The notes under the pieces: generated by a model
Told to the model about the DNA's origin: nothing
Seen by the model: only the letters and a program-made list of their open reading frames with translations
Database searches by the model: none
Program-made: the position numbers and the translations under genes
Source of the DNA: Escherichia phage LH01
DNA: 64,000 nt
Sequence record: PP434429
Strand: one strand, 5' to 3'
Part shown: piece by piece, positions 59,247-64,000 of the stretch
Position numbering within the stretch: position 1 is the stretch's first letter
Layout: each line of letters starts with the position of its first letter

Positions 59247-60572
59247 TCAAAGTGCCTCCAAGTCTTTAGTGTACTCTGTCACAACATCAGTAGACTTCCA
59301 ATACTCATTTTCTTCTTTCTTAGCTTTAGCTTCTTCTGCTAGTTTACGTGCTTCATCGGAAGTGATATGGAAGATGTTAAGACCTACCAGTTTATCGACA
59401 TGTTCTTTATACATTTCGATTTGTGCTAGCTCTTCGGTCAAAGCTTTACGAGTCTTGCCTTGAATCACAATTTCGCCACTGATAACTTTTTTGATGAAGT
59501 GTGCCTTAGCAAAAGCAAGTTTAAATGCTTTTTCAGATTCAAGGATTTTGTTGTCAATACGTTTCTGAACGTAAGTCTTACGGACTTCAACAAAATCTTT
59601 GATTAAGTCCACTACGTTATCGTAGACAGCTAATTTACCCTTTTCATTAATCACTGTGATGTTTTGTGAACGACGTTCGATGAGACTAAAATCTTTCATG
59701 ATTTTTTCATGACGTAGCTCTTCATCATCAGGAAGCGAGTACTCTTTACGGAACTTCACCTTAAACCCAAAGCCGTGTTCACCGCAATCATCTTCCCATG
59801 AGATTAGACCTTTGTCTTCCAACGGGTCAAGAACCTTACTCACATACGTTTCACGGTCGAATTTATATGGGATTTCAGTTATCTGCATTTGAGTACGAGA
59901 TGTGAACTTGTATGTTCCGTGAATCTCATAACGCCCATCAACTTCATGCACTTCACCACGGAATTCCGGGAATTCAACTTTTGGCTTAGTGACATTTTTA
60001 CCTTGAAGAGCTTGTAATACAGCCTTTTTTACCGATTTAAAACTATGAGGCAGAATATTTGTTGCGTAACCGGTTGCAATACCAGAGACACCATTCAAAA
60101 GAACTGTCGGAATAATAGGAAGATAGAATTTTGGTGGAATGTGTTCTTTATCTTCATGAGCTGGAGCATATTCAGTATCTTTATATACGTTATAGAAATT
60201 TTTACTTACACGAGCAAAAATATAACGAGATGCTGCAGCTTTTTGGACTGTTCTAGAACCAAAGTTGCCTTGGCCATCTAACAGCGGATAGTTGTTGTTC
60301 CATGTGTTAGCCATTAATGCACCTGCATCTTGTGCAGAAGATTCACCATGGTGATAACCTAAATCTGCAACACCGCCTGCAATTGACGCAAGTTTATGAA
60401 ATTTTTCTTTATTACCACGAGCCAAATCTAACGCACGATGAACCACAAAACGTTGAACCGGCTTAAATCCATCAATCATGTTTGGGATTGCACGGTTTTC
60501 AACGGTGTACATCGCATATGCTAAGGCTTCGTTATCAATAATACTTTTTAGATTACGAGAATTCAATTGCAT
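59247..60572 (-). CDS. 52: DNA topoisomerase II medium subunit gp52
   Basis: 441 aa; GyrA-like N-terminus with catalytic-tyrosine region (AASRYIFAR); matches T4 gp52. Confidence 0.95.
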   Translation of the reverse strand: MQLNSRNLKSIIDNEALAYAMYTVENRAIPNMIDGFKPVQRFVVHRALDLARGNKEKFHKLASIAGGVADLGYHHGESSAQDAGALMANTWNNNYPLLDGQGNFGSRTVQKAAASRYIFARVSKNFYNVYKDTEYAPAHEDKEHIPPKFYLPIIPTVLLNGVSGIATGYATNILPHSFKSVKKAVLQALQGKNVTKPKVEFPEFRGEVHEVDGRYEIHGTYKFTSRTQMQITEIPYKFDRETYVSKVLDPLEDKGLISWEDDCGEHGFGFKVKFRKEYSLPDDEELRHEKIMKDFSLIERRSQNITVINEKGKLAVYDNVVDLIKDFVEVRKTYVQKRIDNKILESEKAFKLAFAKAHFIKKVISGEIVIQGKTRKALTEELAQIEMYKEHVDKLVGLNIFHITSDEARKLAEEAKAKKEENEYWKSTDVVTEYTKDLEAL

Positions 60573-60576
60573 ATTT

Positions 60577-60717
60577 TCACCATATTAATGAACGAATAAC
60601 CATTATAATATCTGAAATGAAAAGCACTACTTGGATTAGTCCAAACATCACACCGTAGTACAGAACCGTAAGCAACAACAAGAGCCCAGAGGCTCCTGCT
60701 AAGATTTTCTTAATCAT
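60577..60717 (-). CDS. small hydrophobic membrane peptide (46 aa; absent from ORF track)
   Basis: Hand-translated MIKKILAGASGLLLLLTVLYYGVMFGLIQVVLFISDIIMVIRSLIW; TAATG-coupled to upstream small ORF. Confidence 0.4.
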   Translation of the reverse strand: MIKKILAGASGLLLLLTVLYYGVMFGLIQVVLFISDIIMVIRSLIW

Positions 60718-60863
60718 TACTCGCCTTTTAACACGTTAAGAAGAGCTAAGACCGCTAAGGTACCTTGTGATACCGCCTGTTGAAATACTGTTGTTTCGCC
60801 TGTAACTAAAGTGTTAACGAATAAAAACGACCAACACAGCAATGCAATAATCCATGCTACCAT
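60717..60863 (-). CDS. small hydrophobic membrane peptide (48 aa; absent from ORF track; ac-region-like)
   Basis: Hand-translated MVAWIIALLCWSFLFVNTLVTGETTVFQQAVSQGTLAVLALLNVLKGE; GAGGTAATT RBS. Confidence 0.4.
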   Translation of the reverse strand: MVAWIIALLCWSFLFVNTLVTGETTVFQQAVSQGTLAVLALLNVLKGE

Positions 60864-60915
60864 TTTAATTACCTCAAAAATAAATTAAAGGCCTAACTTA
60901 ATAGGCCTGTATAAA

Positions 60916-61362
60916 TTAGTAACTCTGCAGAATAAATTTGAAATTATCGGCCAGAAGACGGTTCATTTCAGTGAGTGTTTGATATTCTGATGTATGGTTG
61001 CGAGTGAACGCTAGAGCCAATTGTCCTTTACCATAACCAGTGGTCAGAGGTTTCATGTTCTTAGCTGAAACAAAGATTACATCATATTCAATATTATTAG
61101 TGCCCATGGTACGGGCGAGTTGTGAACGGCCTTGACGAATGTGAGAAAGAATTGCATCCAACCCTTGTTTAGAACGTTGACGTCCTACAAAGAATCGTGC
61201 TGCTACTTGTCGCCAGTCAGATGAACCTTTAACGAAGAAGTAAAAACCTTCACGAGAACGAAACTCTTTAGAAACTTCAGAACCGTATTCGCCATTACGA
61301 ACTACTGCAACAACTTCACCGCCAACTGCCAGAAGGTCTTTACGAGTTAAATATTTGGACAT
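60916..61362 (-). CDS. ndd: nucleoid disruption protein Ndd
   Basis: 148 aa; matches T4 Ndd ([50 protein letters not shown]). Confidence 0.85.
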   Translation of the reverse strand: MSKYLTRKDLLAVGGEVVAVVRNGEYGSEVSKEFRSREGFYFFVKGSSDWRQVAARFFVGRQRSKQGLDAILSHIRQGRSQLARTMGTNNIEYDVIFVSAKNMKPLTTGYGKGQLALAFTRNHTSEYQTLTEMNRLLADNFKFILQSY

Positions 61363-61438
61363 GCTAATTTCCTCAATTGATTAATGTTTTTGTAATCCAT
61401 GAGAGCATTATACTCTGCTCTCAAGAGTTTGTACAATT

Positions 61439-61639
61439 TTATTCGGCTATATCAGAACGTTCAAAAAGCTCTTCAACAGTTAAACATTCAGTGTCATCTT
61501 CAATAAAGAATCGAGTCCAACACGTTGGGGCGATACAGTTATGAGTTTGTCCGGCGATAGAAGCTACACGAATAAGCTGCTGACCATTATTCAGAACAAA
61601 TTTTTCACCAATTTCAACATCTTTAAAAAGCTTAGCCAT
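61439..61639 (-). CDS. hypothetical protein (66 aa)
   Basis: ORF with GAGGAACAC RBS and inverted-repeat promoter. Confidence 0.45.
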   Translation of the reverse strand: MAKLFKDVEIGEKFVLNNGQQLIRVASIAGQTHNCIAPTCWTRFFIEDDTECLTVEELFERSDIAE

Positions 61640-61667
61640 TTTGTGTTCCTCATGTTTCAGTAGGACT

Positions 61668-61697
61668 ACTATACCATAATCCTACCTTGTTGTAAAC
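61668..61697 (-). promoter_or_regulatory. early promoter GTTTAC-N18-TATAGT with inverted repeat
   Basis: Arms TAGGACTA 61661-61668 and TAATCCTA 61677-61684 (7/8) flank the -10. Confidence 0.5.
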
Positions 61698-61889
61698 AAT
61701 TAAATTACATTAAAATATGTTAAAGCCAACCATGTTCCAGTGAACGAACATGCAATGTAAAAACCCGTATCACAAATTGTTCTTAGTACAATAAGAAGTG
61801 CATTTTTCATAAGTACCTCAACACAATTGAAAATATTATACAAATCATTGGGATACTAAGCAACCATATTCCTATCCACATTTTAGAGC

Positions 61890-62153
61890 TCATATCTCAA
61901 CTTCCGCAAGTTCCATATATCCTTTGTTGATAACCTCTTTAAGGTCTTTAGAAAGAATAACATTAAAATGGTCGTTCATATGCCCGTTAACCAGACGAGT
62001 TATTTCGGCTTCAGATGACATATAAGGCACGTCCGAGTCCCAATGAGATAGACCTAAATGAGTATAAATCATCCCTTCGTCGTCTGCAGTGTTGTACATT
62101 GAAACAAATTCGCCTGTTACTTTATGTTTTGCGTAGAAAAATTTAAATTTCAT
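61890..62153 (-). CDS. hypothetical protein (87 aa)
   Basis: ORF with GAGGATAAC RBS and inverted-repeat promoter. Confidence 0.5.
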   Translation of the reverse strand: MKFKFFYAKHKVTGEFVSMYNTADDEGMIYTHLGLSHWDSDVPYMSSEAEITRLVNGHMNDHFNVILSKDLKEVINKGYMELAEVEI

Positions 62154-62180
62154 AATGTTATCCTCATTTAGATAGGACTA

Positions 62181-62210
62181 CTATATCATAGTCCTACTTA
62201 GTTGTAAACA
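62181..62210 (-). promoter_or_regulatory. early promoter GTTTAC-N18-TATAGT with perfect 8-bp inverted repeat
   Basis: Arms TAGGACTA 62174-62181 and TAGTCCTA 62190-62197 flank the -10. Confidence 0.5.
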
Positions 62211-62221
62211 CTTTTATGAAA

Positions 62222-62779
62222 TTAAAGATGAAGATACCAGCCGTTGTAGTTGCTCTTGCGGACGATTTTCTTTAGGTCTTCATGGTCTCCCACGAACTTT
62301 ATAGAATAAGAGAAGACGTCAGGTGAGGTTTCTTTGACATCTAATATAATAATGCAATCTGCGACTCGATGATTAAGGAAGGGCCCTATGTTGATTCCGT
62401 TGCCGCCTGGATAATCACCACTGTATCCTGTTGTAACAGAAATCCATTTAGAATCCATCTGATGTGTCTTGACTTCTACACGAATTCCACAATATTTAGG
62501 ATGGGCTAACACGTCCCACGCATACGTATAAGGGTCTTCAAGATCTTCGATACCGCCATTGACATACCCATCAAGCCAATTAGCGACTACATACTCTGCA
62601 AAGACCGCAACCTTACAACGTCGAACTACGTCTTCTTTTATTTGACCTGGATCTTGTTTCAACGAGTACCGAGCAGTGTCAGCAATCTTCACTTTCATTT
62701 CACTAGTCAAAAACTCATTCGACAGGATAAATGTCGGAAGATTCTTCAGCCTCAACAGTCCCAAGTTCGTCTTTACCAT
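62222..62779 (-). CDS. denB: putative endonuclease IV (DenB-like), 185 aa from ATG at 62779
   Basis: Position between ndd region and rIIB as T4 denB; AGAGG RBS before internal ATG; assignment by synteny and length only. Confidence 0.55.
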   Translation of the reverse strand: MVKTNLGLLRLKNLPTFILSNEFLTSEMKVKIADTARYSLKQDPGQIKEDVVRRCKVAVFAEYVVANWLDGYVNGGIEDLEDPYTYAWDVLAHPKYCGIRVEVKTHQMDSKWISVTTGYSGDYPGGNGINIGPFLNHRVADCIIILDVKETSPDVFSYSIKFVGDHEDLKKIVRKSNYNGWYLHL

Positions 62780-63002
62780 AGATACCTCTGATGTGTAGTT
62801 CGCCAAAATAAATGCGGTCTCCTTCTTCAAGATATTCTGCATCTACAGGCGGGATTTCAATAACAACTTCGTCGCATTCTAACCAGCCGTAGTGTGCATC
62901 ACCAGGATGTTTTACCAATTTAGCACAATAAACTGATTTACACTTATGATGACCACGAAGATTAGCAATTTTGGATTCTGATACGTCAAATGGATGAATC
63001 AT
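62715..63002 (-). CDS. hypothetical protein (95 aa)
   Basis: ORF directly downstream of rIIB; overlaps putative denB start. Confidence 0.45.
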   Translation of the reverse strand: MIHPFDVSESKIANLRGHHKCKSVYCAKLVKHPGDAHYGWLECDEVVIEIPPVDAEYLEEGDRIYFGELHIRGIYGKDELGTVEAEESSDIYPVE

Positions 63003-63010
63003 AATTACCC

Positions 63011-63038
63011 CTAAAGAAAAAAGGGGACCGAAGTCCCC
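63011..63038 (-). terminator. terminator after rIIB
   Basis: GGGGAC-UUCG-GUCCCC hairpin followed on minus strand by UUUUUUCUUU. Confidence 0.7.
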
Positions 63039-63043
63039 AATTA

Positions 63044-63991
63044 TTATTCTGCAAATAATTCAGTAACGTCTGAGATTACTTCATAACGACAAGTACGCAT
63101 CTTAGCATCACCATAGTCAACCGGGATGGATACAACATCACGTGGATGAACTTTAACCTTAACAACTTTATCTGAGCTTGAACCAAAGTGGCGAATATAA
63201 GATTTAGCACAAACATGGAGACCGCGAGAACAGGTTTGAGTATCATCGTCGTTAACTCGAGTACGAGGCATTGAAACAACTTTACCTGGGGAGTTATCAA
63301 ATGTACCACTATAGCAGTCTAAATAGTCCTTACGAACTACTTTCCACGCATAGAAATACCCATCTTCAGTGATTTCAATATCGTTTGCAACCAAGAAGTC
63401 GAATAAACGTTGTACAGCTTTTTCGCTTGGGTTTTCTAACAGGTTTTCAAGGAATGGCAGATAGAATTTAAAGTCTTCACCTTTTTCCATGGAATCAATA
63501 ATACGGTTAACCAGTCCTGAACGAATCTCTATACCTTGATAAAATAAACTACCACCTTCAATAGTAACATTACCATCAACAAACTTAGTAATAGCTTTCT
63601 TGATGTTAATAAGTTCGACAGCTTTACTAAGGTTTCCTGCGACCAGATTAGCTTTAATTTCTTCAAAATTTGCATGACTTGATGGAGTCGCATTGTATGC
63701 TACGCGTCCTTCAATAATTGAAATAAATTTAGATGACGCGTTCCATACGATTTCAGGACGATGTCCGCCGATAATAGGTTCATCATTTTCTGGAACTTCT
63801 TCGATTACATAAGAGGCATCGTTTGCTTCAGGGACAACGCCTTCTGCTTTAAAATTCTTAACAATCTTACGAAGAGTATCTGTTGAAATGTCGAAGTAAT
63901 CGGCAATTTCTTTACGAGTCCATTTGCCTGATTCAACAAGGCCGTAAGCTTCTAACTGTTCTTCTTGGGACAAGCATTTGATATTGTACAT
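63044..63991 (-). CDS. rIIB: rIIB membrane-associated rapid-lysis protein
   Basis: 315 aa; matches T4 rIIB (MYNIKCL, NSPGKVV.MPRTRVNDDDTQTCSRGLHVC.KSYIRHFGSS). Confidence 0.9.
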   Translation of the reverse strand: MYNIKCLSQEEQLEAYGLVESGKWTRKEIADYFDISTDTLRKIVKNFKAEGVVPEANDASYVIEEVPENDEPIIGGHRPEIVWNASSKFISIIEGRVAYNATPSSHANFEEIKANLVAGNLSKAVELINIKKAITKFVDGNVTIEGGSLFYQGIEIRSGLVNRIIDSMEKGEDFKFYLPFLENLLENPSEKAVQRLFDFLVANDIEITEDGYFYAWKVVRKDYLDCYSGTFDNSPGKVVSMPRTRVNDDDTQTCSRGLHVCAKSYIRHFGSSSDKVVKVKVHPRDVVSIPVDYGDAKMRTCRYEVISDVTELFAE

Positions 63992-64000
63992 AATGTTTCC

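Noticed and set aside
61700-61889. Two very short minus-strand ORFs of about 28 and 36 aa between the 66-aa and 87-aa ORFs
   Set aside because: No convincing RBS or conservation evidence available from sequence alone; left unannotated.

Overview
This window is a contiguous stretch of a T4-like (Tequatrovirus-type) myovirus genome, running from the 3' end of prohead-core gene 67 to rIIB in the same order as phage T4. Calls rest on reading the supplied ORF translations against remembered T4 protein sequences and on motifs read directly from the DNA; no database search was run. Plus-strand blocks are late structural genes (68-21-22-23-24; uvsW; baseplate 51-27-28-29-48-54; tail fibre 34-35-36-37-38 and holin t), several preceded by TATAAATA late promoters. 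Minus-strand blocks are early/middle genes (rnlB, hoc, inh, uvsY-25-26, alt, DNA ligase 30, rIII, 31, cd, pseT, spanins, alc, rnlA, denA, nrdB, nrdA, td, frd, 32, 59, 33, dsbA, rnh, asiA, motA, 52, ndd, denB, rIIB), driven by GTTTAC-N17/18-TAnnnT promoters and ending in GC-stem tetraloop terminators. No tRNA, CRISPR array, integrase, transposase, intron or homing endonuclease was found; td and nrdB are uninterrupted. The most notable items are (1) a full-length class I DAHP synthase gene translationally coupled to dCMP deaminase, which I do not recall in T4; (2) inverted repeats that bracket the -10 element of about half of the early promoters, with different arm sequences but preserved complementarity; (3) a NADAR/YbiA-like gene inside a cluster of small early genes between ligase and rIII; (4) a tandem paralogue pair upstream of gene 32; and (5) a duplicated 75-bp promoter-leader cassette around motA. 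I found no single clear-cut novel multi-gene system; these are candidates, not demonstrations.
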